Program-made: the position numbers and the translations under genes
From: Naegleria gruberi
Lineage: Eukaryota
Assembly (NCBI GenBank): GCA_000004985.1
Contig: GG738848.1
Strand: one strand, 5' to 3'
DNA length: 64,000 nucleotides
Part shown: piece after piece, positions 42,409 to 53,532 of the stretch
Numbering within the stretch: the stretch's first letter is position 1
Layout of the letters: every line of letters begins with the position of its first letter
Notes under the pieces: generated by a model
What the model was told of the DNA's origin: nothing
The model's database searches: none
What the model saw: the letters and a program-made list of their open reading frames with translations, nothing else

Positions 42409-43434
42409 TTAAATTCCACAAACAATGAGCATATCCACATATGGATAAATAAAGCTTTTGAACAAATGGTACCCATTATTAATTTCTTGATATGATACAG
42501 TTACTAGATCCAATTCATTCTTGAAGAAACACAAATACTTTTTCTTTTCATATTTGAAAAATTCCATTCTAAAGGTATACTGATTAAAGAGAAGACACCT
42601 CTCCTCGCAACAAATTAAATTTCCCTCCTCCTCAATACTTGAATCACTGAAAACATTACTCAGAGAAACGAGTAAATAATTAGATGTTGTAAAACCTCCA
42701 CTAATAGCAAGACTCAAATTTAACCAGTCCAATAGGAGATAAATTCTTCCTTCATCGTCCTGAGTCATGGCTAACACTCGATTAACTACACAATTATAAT
42801 AACCATTCCTTAATGCATTTTCCAAATTAAAGTTCTTCTTCTTTCCTCTTCCTGAAACTACTGAAATACCTTTCGGATAAGCAATGATTAATTCTTCTGC
42901 ATTCTTTCTACTCCTTTGAACAATCATTCCATCTGAAGTCTGAAACATCAAATCATCTGTTCCAATCTTTCCATCACTCACATGCACAACACCGAGACTG
43001 CAAGTCCTATTAGACGAGCATTCATTACTCGAATAATAAATCAAATCCTTCTCCCTAAATAACGAAAGCTTTCCTGGAAGATCCCCAAAACTACGAATCC
43101 ACATCACTTCACACGTTTTCTTTTTAAAATTCAACAAAAGTTTACACATCCCAGAAGCACAAAAAACAACCACTTGATCTCCATCATCATTACATAATTC
43201 CATCGCCGTTGGACGAACCAAATTCGAGACAGTTATCCGACACTTCTCCCTCAGTGTTGATAATCCATAAATTACTATGGCATTATTCTTGATGGTGAGT
43301 ATTTCTTGTTTTTTGTGGTGAATGGCAATGATCGGAAGTGCTGATAGAAGAGGTGCTGATCGTGATTGGCCCTTCGAAAGAATGGCACCTTGACGTGTTT
43401 GGAAGGGTAAGGGTCTGTGATAGAGTTGATTCAT
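42409..43434 (-). CDS. Hypothetical protein.
   Basis: 341-aa ORF with an aaaaaaATG context. No recognisable domain. Confidence 0.4.
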   Translation of the reverse strand: MNQLYHRPLPFQTRQGAILSKGQSRSAPLLSALPIIAIHHKKQEILTIKNNAIVIYGLSTLREKCRITVSNLVRPTAMELCNDDGDQVVVFCASGMCKLLLNFKKKTCEVMWIRSFGDLPGKLSLFREKDLIYYSSNECSSNRTCSLGVVHVSDGKIGTDDLMFQTSDGMIVQRSRKNAEELIIAYPKGISVVSGRGKKKNFNLENALRNGYYNCVVNRVLAMTQDDEGRIYLLLDWLNLSLAISGGFTTSNYLLVSLSNVFSDSSIEEEGNLICCEERCLLFNQYTFRMEFFKYEKKKYLCFFKNELDLVTVSYQEINNGYHLFKSFIYPYVDMLIVCGI

Positions 43435-44661
43435 TTTTTTTAATTAATTATTGGAATTTTATTTGTGGATTATTTCATATCTGTTGTAATTGTTTGGTCA
43501 ATTCATGGACAGACAGATCAGCATTTGAAATAGGCTAATAAATCTAAATTTTAATTACAAATTAAAAAATATAAATTATTAAAATTAGGTGAGTTACTGT
43601 TTTTGTATCATTACCGGAATGAAAATAACAAATTAGCAACATAGATGAATAGTAAGGTCGTTGGCAATGTTTGATTTGGTCAACTACTGTAAATTGGGTA
43701 AATCAATTATTATGAATGCAACACTTATTTCGATACAATGGTTGCATGGTTGACTGTAACACTTTCAATCCGCTTATAAACTCCTTCGGATTAGGAAGTA
43801 CAAAAATCTTGTACGATTGTCTTATACGACTTTTTAACCAATTCATCTATTCTACATTTTTGATTGAATTCAACTAATGAGACCATTTAAATTATTATCA
43901 ACTACTGTAGTTGCTGCACTTTACAGTTCGAATCGAATAGAAACAATTTCCTTGAAATTGATCGAAAATGAATGTAATAGTCATTGTATTTGATTTTCAA
44001 TGATTTGTGATCAAGCCAACTCCACTAAACACATAATTCCTTTCAATATTCCAATTCAAATCACCAAATAGAAGCCACCAATTTCAGATGAATTAATCAA
44101 ATGTTTATGGCAATGAAGGAACTTGGTAATCATCTCTCACTCGTTGGTTTTTTGAAAAACTTTTCATCGGCTAAGAGATGACAATTTTTCAACGATACCA
44201 TTTCAACTACTACCTATTCCTTACTCAATTATAAAATCTTATTCAATACATCTTCATTAATTCCGATAGCTAATACAAAGTTTTGATTGCAATGGACTTT
44301 TTCCTCTTCATCACGTTCGAACAGCGAGCTTGACTGGTGAGGAATGAAAAGGCGGATGCGACTGAAGCGCGGAGAAGTAAAAAACTTGAGGCGTTCTTTT
44401 TGTTTTTTACGAAGAGCGACTTGCTAGAAACCATTTAAAGAATCATCAAAAAGCAAACCTTTAAAAAAAAGAAACACAACAATTATCATAGCAAGCAACG
44501 ACTCTTAACGTGCTGCTCCTGTAATACTATCACCTACTAACCTAACGAATACTTGAAACAAACCGTGACGAGGCAACACGAATTTTTTTACATCAGAATT
44601 CTCTAGTGTTTGCATCCCTATCATCATATTAATAGTAATTCATCATATTTTCAATAAGAAA

Positions 44662-45201
44662 ATGGGACAAAATTCATCTTCTCACGATCGACACGAAAGT
44701 AAGAGGAAGAAACAAGCTAAAGTTGTCATGATTGGATTGGACTTTGCTGGAAAGTCATCAATAATGTACAAGATGAAGCAAAAGAAGAATCTTCCATCGA
44801 CAGTGCCTACTCTTGGGTTTAATGTTGAAGTGTTAAAGTATAAGAGAGTTGTGTTCACATTGTTTGATATTGGTGGATTATTCCTCAAGACCAAACAGTT
44901 GGCACAACATTATTTCGAGAAGAATCAAGCTGTGATTTTTGTGATTGACTCAACTGATAAGGCCAGAATGAATGATGCCAAACAAACTTTGCATTTGATC
45001 ATGGATGATCAATTGGTTTCTAATTGTAAATTATTGGTATTGGCTAACAAGCAAGATCTACCAGATGCTATGAGTGTAGATGATGTTTCGAGAGAATTAA
45101 ACTTGATGGATATCAAGCAAACTTGGTCGATTCAAGGTTCGAGTGCCAAGACAGGTATTGGATTATTGGAAGGACTTGACTGGTTATCAAAGAATGTGTA
45201 A
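44662..45201 (+). CDS. ADP-ribosylation-factor-like (ARL) small GTPase.
   Basis: MGQ.. start, VVMIGLDFAGKSSIMYK, PTLGFNVEVLKYKRVVFTLFDIGG, LANKQDLPDAMS and SAKTGIGLLEGLDWLSKNV. Confidence 0.85.
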   Translation: MGQNSSSHDRHESKRKKQAKVVMIGLDFAGKSSIMYKMKQKKNLPSTVPTLGFNVEVLKYKRVVFTLFDIGGLFLKTKQLAQHYFEKNQAVIFVIDSTDKARMNDAKQTLHLIMDDQLVSNCKLLVLANKQDLPDAMSVDDVSRELNLMDIKQTWSIQGSSAKTGIGLLEGLDWLSKNV

Positions 45202-45522
45202 TTCTCTTAACAACACTCAGGTTTGATTCCTACCTGACATGCTAATTGATATTTTGAAGAAACACTTGGATGATTGTAGAGCAATATGGCTCGAAATATA
45301 TTGAAATTACTACATGTTTCTCAAGGAGCTTGGAGTTCTCTTGTGAATCACAAGTGTAGTGTATGAGTGATTAATAAAATCTAACAAAACCCAAACACTT
45401 TATTTTGCTCTTTACATTAGTAACTTCCAAAAGAGTAAGTAACTCAATTTTTGTAACAATTTAAAAGTCTTAATTTTGTAAAGACTTTACTGGTTTTATG
45501 TAAATTGGTATGAATAAATTTA

Positions 45523-46569
45523 TTATTGAAAATCAAAGATTGCACCACAATCGATTGCATCTGGATTTTCCACCTCTTGTTGGGTTTGTTGTATTGAGTT
45601 CGAATTTGGAACCCCAAGAGGCACGAAAACACTCTGCATCAACTGGACATATTGCACATAAGAAAGGGAATTCTGTAATTGTTTTGCAATGTGTTGGAAG
45701 ATCTTTGCTTGCTCTTCTTTGCTAATTCTATCTATTATTTCCATAATAATCTCTTGTTCTGAGTTGAATTCAATTGTAATTTCTTCTGACACTGACACTT
45801 TCAAATCTAATTCATTTTGTAAGGGATCTTCTCTGTCAAAAAGAGTTGGTCTTCCTGTATCTTGTATTTCATTTATATCGAAGAAGGATACACCTTTGCT
45901 CTTGGCATAATTAGAATCCGAATAATCCTTGTAACTTCCCTTTTTGAGTCTCACTGTGTTGCTGGCTTTCTCAGTCATTACATGAATGTCAAAAGTGCCA
46001 TCATCATAGGAAATCTTCCAAGCAAAGGTGGATGGTGAATTTTGTGCATTCTCCAAATCCAACATTGATGAGTAGTATTCCTTGCGAGATACTGGTTTAC
46101 AATCTTTCTTGATTACTGATTTGCCAAGAGGTGAGTAAATTAGTTGGTAAAGTGACACCTCATTCACATTTCCAAAAGTAGCAATCGCAGGTTTGTATCT
46201 GATGTTAAATATTAAAGATGGTTCGTCATTACTTTCATCTACAAAAAGACCTAACGAACAATATTGAATAAAGTCTTGTCCATGAGTCTCTGTAATATCT
46301 ATCAATTGTTTGACATCTTGTTTGGATTGACTGCACTCGAATTGAAGTGACTTCATTACAACTGGCCAAAAGATCTTCCTCTTATTCTTTTGAGTAGGGG
46401 TAGTGGAAGAACCTTCACCTTTATCTGTTGATGATCCTGTTTTGACCTTCTTGATCTCTTCCGGTTCTTCAAAGCCTATTTTCTTCTCAATAATAGAGTC
46501 ACAATCCTCTTCCTCCTTTTTAACCTTTTTGTTGCTGCGACTGGTGGTTGTTTGCTTTCTCTTTGGCAT
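45523..46569 (-). CDS. Hypothetical nuclear protein with an N-terminal basic NLS-like region.
   Basis: MPKRKQTTTSRSNKKVKKEEE... . No confident domain call; I rejected PCNA-like for lack of evidence. Confidence 0.4.
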   Translation of the reverse strand: MPKRKQTTTSRSNKKVKKEEEDCDSIIEKKIGFEEPEEIKKVKTGSSTDKGEGSSTTPTQKNKRKIFWPVVMKSLQFECSQSKQDVKQLIDITETHGQDFIQYCSLGLFVDESNDEPSLIFNIRYKPAIATFGNVNEVSLYQLIYSPLGKSVIKKDCKPVSRKEYYSSMLDLENAQNSPSTFAWKISYDDGTFDIHVMTEKASNTVRLKKGSYKDYSDSNYAKSKGVSFFDINEIQDTGRPTLFDREDPLQNELDLKVSVSEEITIEFNSEQEIIMEIIDRISKEEQAKIFQHIAKQLQNSLSYVQYVQLMQSVFVPLGVPNSNSIQQTQQEVENPDAIDCGAIFDFQ

Positions 46570-47111
46570 GTTATTGGGTATTTTTTTTGATGTTATTTGC
46601 GTGATGACGGCTAATCATTATGAACCCAACACAAACAAATTTGCTCACAATATTTTTTGTTGGTTCAAATTTGTGGCAAGGTTACTATGGAAGCGCAGCA
46701 ACAATTTCTGTGTTTTGGTGGGCTATTTCTGATTTTGTGTTGTTGGTTGTTTTACAAAAAGGAGATTGTTATGCATGACATAATTTGGTGGAAGTGGACT
46801 ATTTCTTCTAAAAAAGATAGGTGTTATGCCACCTATCCTCCACCAGAACCTTATGGAACGAACTGAGGTATTCAAAGAATTACAAATTAAGGTGGATTCT
46901 TCACATACTGTCACTTTTATAAAAATTCTTATTATTTTTCAAATTTTTTGCATGCCCTCAAAAATGGTTCCAAACCTGAAGTTATTTTCTCTATCAATAT
47001 AATAGATAAGGAAATGATTTTTGAAGGAATGATAGTCTTATATGTCTGGATTATGTGGTTAAAATCATACAGTCAAATACCTGATATTAAGGGTAAAATT
47101 GAATATTGAGT

Positions 47112-47182
47112 TGCGTCGACCGGGAATTGAACCCGGGTCACGGCGATGGCAACGCCGTATTCTACCACTAAACCATCGACGC
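47112..47182 (-). tRNA. tRNA-Gly (GCC).
   Basis: GCGTCGATGGTTTAGTGGTAGAAT..TTGCCAT..CCGGGTTCAATTCCCGG..TCGACGCA. Confidence 0.85.
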
Positions 47183-47315
47183 CTCTTGTTAAGGTATTAA
47201 GGATGCTATTATTGAACATATTTTTCAAGCGTGATAAGCCTGGAAATTATGTTTTTGTTGTCATAATTTTGATCGATTTTCGAAGCAAACCAATTCTTCC
47301 TTCACTTTAAAAAAA

Positions 47316-48707
47316 ATGAGAATACACGAAATTACATTCACAGAGCAAGGTTTGATGCACGCAGGCCTTGCCGACTGCAAACCATTCGAAAATTCAGCCA
47401 CTCTTTTCAACAATGGAATGGAAACAGCCATTCTAATATTTTCTGTTTTGGACGAAACTGCCTCTGATCAACCAAAATATATTAATCACATTTCCACCGA
47501 ATTTACACAAATTGGATTACTTCCTCCTTCAATGCTTGCTAACAAATTCATTCATGACATTCCGAATATTTCATCACGTCAACCAAGAGTTGAATATTTA
47601 CGAAGTGATGGAAAATTCAACGATGCGAAACATTTGTTTATTGCCTTCTTTTCCAAATCGTATTTTGATCAAACTAAACCGAATGATGATTTTGTAAAGA
47701 GGTTGTTTTCAAGAATTTACTGTGATATTGAACAATATCAAATTAAACATTTGATTATGGAACAATTGGTTTTACCAGATACCGAGGCACATTTTGAATG
47801 GAATAAGGTATTGAGAAATTGTGAAATGTGGAAGAGTTCACTCATGAATTACTTTTCAGAGCTTGATAATTGTTTGATTATGTGTCCAAAAGAATGTGTG
47901 TGGAATCATTATTTGAATGAGTGTAAAACTGTTTCAACTGTTATGAGTTATAATGTATTGGCCCAAAGTTATACATCCACACATTATAATTATTGTAAAC
48001 CTTATATTGGATTTGGTGTGAGAACTCCAAAAATTGTTTCATTGGTGGATTCAATTCAAGCTGATATTCAAATGTATCAGGAAATGGAAAAGGACATGCT
48101 TCAACAGTTGACTAAACCTCACCATCACGTCTTATTCAAACCAAAGGAAGGAAGAAAGGAAGGACTTGCCATCATTATTGACAAACGAGTGTGGGACATC
48201 ACAAAGGAAGGCAGTAACAAGTTGGCTCTAAACCATCCTCAAGATATGATTTTCGTAGCATGTCGACACAAGTTCACTAAGAAAACACTTCTGGTTGTGT
48301 GTACTCACTTACTTGGTGATCCAAAGCAATTAGATATCCAAACAGAACAAGCCAAAGTCCTAGCCAATCGTTCAGATATGACCAAACTAGAATGTGCATG
48401 TGAAAATGTCATTATCGGTGGTGATTTCAATGCCTCACAAGAATCTCAAGCTTATCAAGTTGTTGAGCAAGCTGGTTTCAAGAGTGCAATCAAGGAAATT
48501 CATGGAAAGGAACCTACCATCACATTCAATACTGATGCCATTCACCGATCCATTGATTACTTGTGGTACAATTGCTCTACTATCATGCCTTCAACCTGCA
48601 CAATTTTCAATCAGAAACAAATTGAAATCAAGAAGGAAGAAGCTCTTCCAAATCATCAATATGGCTCGGACCACATTCCAATATTTGCCAAATTTGTGTT
48701 GAATTAA
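47316..48707 (+). CDS. Endonuclease/exonuclease/phosphatase-family protein of the CCR4/nocturnin/angel deadenylase type, with an N-terminal extension.
   Basis: VMSYNVLAQSYT, IIGGDFNAS and GSDHIPIFAKF catalytic motifs. Confidence 0.7.
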   Translation: MRIHEITFTEQGLMHAGLADCKPFENSATLFNNGMETAILIFSVLDETASDQPKYINHISTEFTQIGLLPPSMLANKFIHDIPNISSRQPRVEYLRSDGKFNDAKHLFIAFFSKSYFDQTKPNDDFVKRLFSRIYCDIEQYQIKHLIMEQLVLPDTEAHFEWNKVLRNCEMWKSSLMNYFSELDNCLIMCPKECVWNHYLNECKTVSTVMSYNVLAQSYTSTHYNYCKPYIGFGVRTPKIVSLVDSIQADIQMYQEMEKDMLQQLTKPHHHVLFKPKEGRKEGLAIIIDKRVWDITKEGSNKLALNHPQDMIFVACRHKFTKKTLLVVCTHLLGDPKQLDIQTEQAKVLANRSDMTKLECACENVIIGGDFNASQESQAYQVVEQAGFKSAIKEIHGKEPTITFNTDAIHRSIDYLWYNCSTIMPSTCTIFNQKQIEIKKEEALPNHQYGSDHIPIFAKFVLN

Positions 48708-48887
48708 ATCCTTTGTTTATTATTAAATATATAATTAATTGTATAATAATTAAAGTATTTAATAGTAATTAAGATAAAATTGAAAACATTTACGCCATCA
48801 CCAGCCGTTATATATTTTTTTAAAAAAATAAAAACAAAAAAACATCAACTTCATCAAATAGTAATAATTCAAATATTTTTATTCTTC

Positions 48888-50057
48888 CTATTGATAGGTA
48901 ATCAAATATTCAGGATAGGCTTGCTTATTATCATAGACAATAATTTCCTGTCCTCCCCATCCAGTAACACTATCAAATCCCTGCGGAGCAATCTTAATCG
49001 TCTGCATCATATTCATATTAGCATCATATGAATGACCAACAAGTACTCTCACAATGAACATTCTTCCATTATTACTATTACCAGCATATCCGAGAGAGTA
49101 GGAAGCATTGGGACTAAAGTAAATTCCATTTCCAAATTTCCCACTATTACTCACTCTTGCATCGAAACCTTCCTTGGCAATTAAATCAGCAAATTGTTGT
49201 TGAGTTCCGTGGAAGAGTTGTTTCTCATTGTGGTTGGCTTTCATGTTCTGCTTTTGAAGACTGTACCAATTCCATCGAATGTAATTTTCAATTCGTTCAA
49301 TTTTGAGAATGGTTTTACCTGTGGAGGTTGAGGAAAAGAGCTGAGAACAATGTTGAAACTCTTTGGAGGAGGTGGAAAGTGTTACTATTCGAAAGTGTGG
49401 TTTCATGAGAGGGTTTTTGGAGAGTTTGGGAGGATTTTCCCATTCCTTTGGCCATGAAGAGATGCAATTCACTTGTGTGTTGCTGGTTGAATTGGTTGCC
49501 TTGCTTTCATGTATAAATGAATAGCAATGTGAAATATCTCCAGATAGATACTTTTGACAGGAAGTAGCATCTTGGCATGTATGGAAATAGTGAAGGCAAT
49601 GCTCTTTCTGTTGGAGTTTAGTACACTTTGAATCGTATTTGCATGGATGGACGAATCTGGATCTGTGAACAGAATCAGTAATCATGGAACAGTTTGCTCC
49701 CTTCTTACATGGATGATAATACTTTTCACCATGATCAACATGATCCCTATAGTTTGTTTTGGTACATTTATCCCAATGTTTACAAGGCACCTTGTCTTTT
49801 AATTCATTAACTTTGGTTGAAGTTGATGATTTCGTTGTTTTGCTGCAGCTTGGTGATGAGGAATGGCTGGTTGTTGGTGTTGTACTTGTGGATTGGATTG
49901 TGGATTGTTGTGGTTTGACGTAATTGACAGGAAGAAATTGTGGATTAGCTCCTGTTGTCATGTATCCAACAATTTGTGGCACCGTTCCTTGAGGGATATT
50001 TTGTGGAGGTTGGGATGAAACACTTGGTGTGGGCAATGTTGGATTGTTTTGCTTCAT
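48888..50057 (-). CDS. PARP catalytic-domain protein with three PBZ-type (C2H2 poly-ADP-ribose-binding) zinc fingers and a Pro/Gln/Thr-rich N-terminus.
   Basis: Fingers: CKHWDKCTKTNYRDHVDHGEKYYH, CKKGANCSMITDSVHRSRFVH and CKYDSKCTKLQQKEHCLHYFH. Catalytic region: LFHGTQQQF...GFDARVSNSGKFGNGIYFSP...GQEIIVYDNKQAYPEYLITYQ. Confidence 0.75.
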   Translation of the reverse strand: MKQNNPTLPTPSVSSQPPQNIPQGTVPQIVGYMTTGANPQFLPVNYVKPQQSTIQSTSTTPTTSHSSSPSCSKTTKSSTSTKVNELKDKVPCKHWDKCTKTNYRDHVDHGEKYYHPCKKGANCSMITDSVHRSRFVHPCKYDSKCTKLQQKEHCLHYFHTCQDATSCQKYLSGDISHCYSFIHESKATNSTSNTQVNCISSWPKEWENPPKLSKNPLMKPHFRIVTLSTSSKEFQHCSQLFSSTSTGKTILKIERIENYIRWNWYSLQKQNMKANHNEKQLFHGTQQQFADLIAKEGFDARVSNSGKFGNGIYFSPNASYSLGYAGNSNNGRMFIVRVLVGHSYDANMNMMQTIKIAPQGFDSVTGWGGQEIIVYDNKQAYPEYLITYQ

Positions 50058-50143
50058 TTTTTTGATAGTGTGAATTGAGAATTTTCCATGTCAGCCTTTT
50101 CTGACAAGCGCAAAGATTAAAAAAAATATTAACAACTGACACG

Positions 50144-51310
50144 ATGCATCAGCCAAACAATCCGAATGGCACAAATAATAATAATTGGCAACAGTTTCCG
50201 CAACAGCAAATCTATTTGCATCAGCAACCACAAGGTCAAGTATTTCCGCACCAACAATTACCAATGTATTGTCAACCGTACCAAATTATTCAAATTCCTA
50301 ATGAAATGATTCAACCATCAACACAACAAGTTTCATCTCAACAAACAATGCTACCAAACGTGATGCTCAGTTCCACTTCAACTTGTCCACAAGATTTTCA
50401 CAATCAAGTACCAGAAAGAGAGGATTTTTGCACTGATTGGAGATTATGTTCTGAAACAAAAGATCAGAAACACAGATGCACCAAAAGACATTTATGTACC
50501 ATCAAGAATTGCTCCAAAACTAGTGATAAGGTTCATGTTGGCAGATTCTTGCATTATTGTAAATATGGTGAAAAGTGTCGTCACATAGATGATGATAATC
50601 ATAATCATAACTTTATTCATCCATGCAAGTATAAGGGAGATTGTAAAAAGCTTGGAGACATTATGCACAGAATTTTCTTTACCCATCCAACAATAGCTGA
50701 CAATGGCTTGTATCCAAGATCTTGGGGAAAGGTGTTGGACGATCATTGTAAATGTGTTAAGCTTTCACATAGCTCTTCAGAATTCAAAGAGGTAGAGAAA
50801 ACATTTATTCAAAGAATTAATCACAGCCATCCAACTGCTCAAGTAATCGACATTGAAAGAGTGGAAAATGCCAAGTTATGGAGAGCTTTCTCAATTAAGA
50901 AATCAGAAACCATTCACAAGAATCAAAATATCAAAGCTGAAAATCAAGTGAAAACACTCTACCATGGAGCTGAAGAAACAGCAGTCGATGCCATCACCAA
51001 AACAGGATTTGATTATAGACGATGCCAAGTTGGACATTATGGACATGGAAATTATTTTGCAGTCAATGCTAGTTATAGTCATGGTTATGCCAAGCCATCA
51101 ACTTCTGATGGTAGTAGAAGGATAATTGTTTGTAAGGTAGTTGTTGGAGAATCTCTCAGAGTAGCACAGAAGGATAATACTCTGAGAAGACCTCAGGATA
51201 AGACAACAGGTAAAATGTATGATTCAGTACAGGGAGGACCAACAGGAACTGAATATGTAGTATTCGATAACGAATCTCCATATCCTGGATATATTGTAAT
51301 TTACAAATAA
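50144..51310 (+). CDS. Paralogous PBZ zinc-finger PARP protein, divergently transcribed from the gene at 48888..50057.
   Basis: Fingers: CTKRHLCTIKNCSKTSDKVHVGRFLH, CKYGEKCRHIDDDNHNHNFIH and CKYKGDCKKLGDIMHRIFFTH. Catalytic region: LYHGAEETAV...GHYGHGNYFAVNASYSHGYA...GTEYVVFDNESPYPGYIVIYK. The two start codons are 86 bp apart. Confidence 0.75.
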   Translation: MHQPNNPNGTNNNNWQQFPQQQIYLHQQPQGQVFPHQQLPMYCQPYQIIQIPNEMIQPSTQQVSSQQTMLPNVMLSSTSTCPQDFHNQVPEREDFCTDWRLCSETKDQKHRCTKRHLCTIKNCSKTSDKVHVGRFLHYCKYGEKCRHIDDDNHNHNFIHPCKYKGDCKKLGDIMHRIFFTHPTIADNGLYPRSWGKVLDDHCKCVKLSHSSSEFKEVEKTFIQRINHSHPTAQVIDIERVENAKLWRAFSIKKSETIHKNQNIKAENQVKTLYHGAEETAVDAITKTGFDYRRCQVGHYGHGNYFAVNASYSHGYAKPSTSDGSRRIIVCKVVVGESLRVAQKDNTLRRPQDKTTGKMYDSVQGGPTGTEYVVFDNESPYPGYIVIYK

Positions 51311-51533
51311 TATATACTGTCGTTGATTTTCACACAAACGCAAAACATCAATTTCTTGTCCTCCACTTGCTTAAGTACTTTCAATTAATCGAACAATTTC
51401 AGTGGAACGATTTCAACGAGTCTCTCTCATCATGCTTTTTTAATTTAATTCTCAAGTAGGAATTTTCAAAAACTCAATTTTACTGATTGAGATTGTATTT
51501 GTGCAATGAATTTTCAATTAATTAAAAGAGTTA

Positions 51534-51721
51534 GGCGGCTCCTAATCTGACGGTTTGTGCAATGTCTGATCGAAACCAAATCAAAGTGAGCAATTAAGCT
51601 CAAACCCTGATCCCTACAAAAAATTGAGTTAATAGTAGATGCAACACGTGGGCTGCTTTCAGCTATTAAACTGAAAAGAACAGATACTACACTCGATCAA
51701 AGCCAATTGGCCGAGAAAGAT
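51534..51721 (-). ncRNA. U2 snRNA, copy B (right arm of the inverted repeat).
   Basis: Reverse complement of the 21708..21896 copy, with a few substitutions. Confidence 0.8.
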
Positions 51722-52012
51722 GGTTTTGAGAATTGCATAAGGCACACAGTATTTATTCTGTTTGTTGGGGAGTAAAGAATGACAAAATGTTTGTGGTATT
51801 TTAATAAATTTTAATGCCTTGTTCAACTATTGATATTGAACATGTAGCGAATCTTAATTAATCATTTTTATGATGAGCAGTTCAGTCAATAATTGACTCC
51901 AAAGAAGCTGTTTGGAATATTGGAAAGAATGTGAGAAGCACCAGGTTAGATTGCCAATTAAAGTGGCCAAAATTGATAAGTAAACTTGAACTAGTGCAAA
52001 AAACAAAAAGAC

Positions 52013-52055
52013 TACAGGGATGAGGTGCATTCATCGTGATATGGCCGTAGCCATT
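52013..52055 (-). pseudogene. 5S rRNA pseudogene. It carries an internal deletion of about 75 nt.
   Basis: The reverse complement reads GGCTACGGCCATATCACGATGAATGCACCTCATCCC|TGTAGTC. The middle of the gene is missing relative to the 21308 copy. Confidence 0.75.
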
Positions 52056-52555
52056 CATTAATGTAAACTAAGGTTTTTCAAAATGTTCAAAAATTGCAAG
52101 TTAATTCACTTTAAGAGGATTGTTAGCGATCAACTACTTTGAAATAATTAAGATAAATCATTTATTCCAATACCATTTCCAACACAATGCACCATCTGCA
52201 ATTATTGCCCTCATGGAATCCCTATTTTCAGTTTCGAATCATCAAAATCTCTTTCTCCAGCTCGACGTTATAGAATTTAAGGGAATGGGTGTAAGCTATT
52301 ACTCAATCCGTTGATTCGTATTCTTAATATTTAAAATTGTACAAATATCATTCTCTCACATGATTTTGAAGTTTCCAAGAGGATGAAATGGCACTCATTT
52401 CTTGCGCAAATTCCACAGATCAATAATTAGTGCTCACGACAGCGCTTTGGTTTCGGGTACAGAATCCACCATAAATGGCATTCACACTAACCATTATGCA
52501 TTTTCAATCACAAAAAAACAACTTTACTGTATTATTACAAATAACAAATAACAAA

Positions 52556-53194
52556 ATGGTCTACAAAATTTATGGTGCTGCTCAATCTACTTGCGTTCAA
52601 CGTGTTTTGACAACAATCAAGGAGAAAGGTTTAGAATATGAACTTGTTCCTGTTGATTTAATGAAGGGAGAACACAAGTCACCATCCTACTTGGAAAAGC
52701 ATCCATTTGGTGTCATTCCAGTCTTGGAAGATGATGGTTTCTTGATTTATGAATCTCGTGCTATCTGTCGTTATTTGGAAGCCAAGCATAAGAGCCAAGG
52801 AACTGAACTCATTCCAACAGAGCTCAAAGCTTTGGGTTTATTTGAACAAGGTGCTTCCATTGAAACTGCTTACTTTGATTCAAATGCTTCTGGTTTAGTT
52901 TTCGAAAAGTTATTTAAGGGAATGATGGGATATGGAGCTGCAGATGAAGCTCGTGTCAAACAATTGAGTGAAAAGTTAGCACTCAATTTGGATGCCTATG
53001 AAAAAGTGTTGGCTAAACAAGAATTCATTGGTGGAAATCAATTTACCTTAGCCGATTTGTATCACTTACCATATGGAAACTTGTTGTTCGCTATTGGATT
53101 GGGCAATTTATTGTTGGATCGTCCACTTGTTAAAGCTTGGTGGGAAAAGATTTCAGCAAGACCTTCATGGAAAGCTGTCACAGGACAACAATAA
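52556..53194 (+). CDS. Glutathione S-transferase, copy B. It differs from copy A at 3 amino-acid positions.
   Basis: Same ORF as 20333..20971, on the inverted-repeat arm. Confidence 0.8.
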   Translation: MVYKIYGAAQSTCVQRVLTTIKEKGLEYELVPVDLMKGEHKSPSYLEKHPFGVIPVLEDDGFLIYESRAICRYLEAKHKSQGTELIPTELKALGLFEQGASIETAYFDSNASGLVFEKLFKGMMGYGAADEARVKQLSEKLALNLDAYEKVLAKQEFIGGNQFTLADLYHLPYGNLLFAIGLGNLLLDRPLVKAWWEKISARPSWKAVTGQQ

Positions 53195-53365
53195 ATAATA
53201 CTGTAATTCCTTCATAGAATAAATTCCACAAATGTCTCCAATCTTGAATATCAATTTTTTTATCGTTGCTCAGCAAAGTGAAAAGCTGTATTTAATTTGC
53301 CTCAATTCACTTTCATCACTTGGCCAATAGCAATTAGAATACAAACTTTAAGAAAAGAAATGCAA

Positions 53366-53437
53366 AGCAAATTGGCGCAGCGGAAGCGCGATGGGCTCAT
53401 AACCCATAGGTCCTAGGATCGAAACCTAGATTTGCTA
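53366..53437 (+). tRNA. Initiator tRNA-Met (CAU), copy B.
   Basis: Identical to the 20103..20174 gene. Confidence 0.85.
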
Positions 53438-53532
53438 TTCATTTTACAATTTTGGAATTGAAATGTTCTAAAAATATTACTAAGGTTTGTAAAACATGCA
53501 CCCTTAATGTTTACATCTAAAACTAAAGATAA

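Noticed and set aside
45523-46569. PCNA/9-1-1-clamp-like fold for the basic nuclear protein
   Set aside because: The resemblance is only a vague impression of alternating beta-strand-like segments. No motif could be anchored, so I downgraded it to hypothetical.
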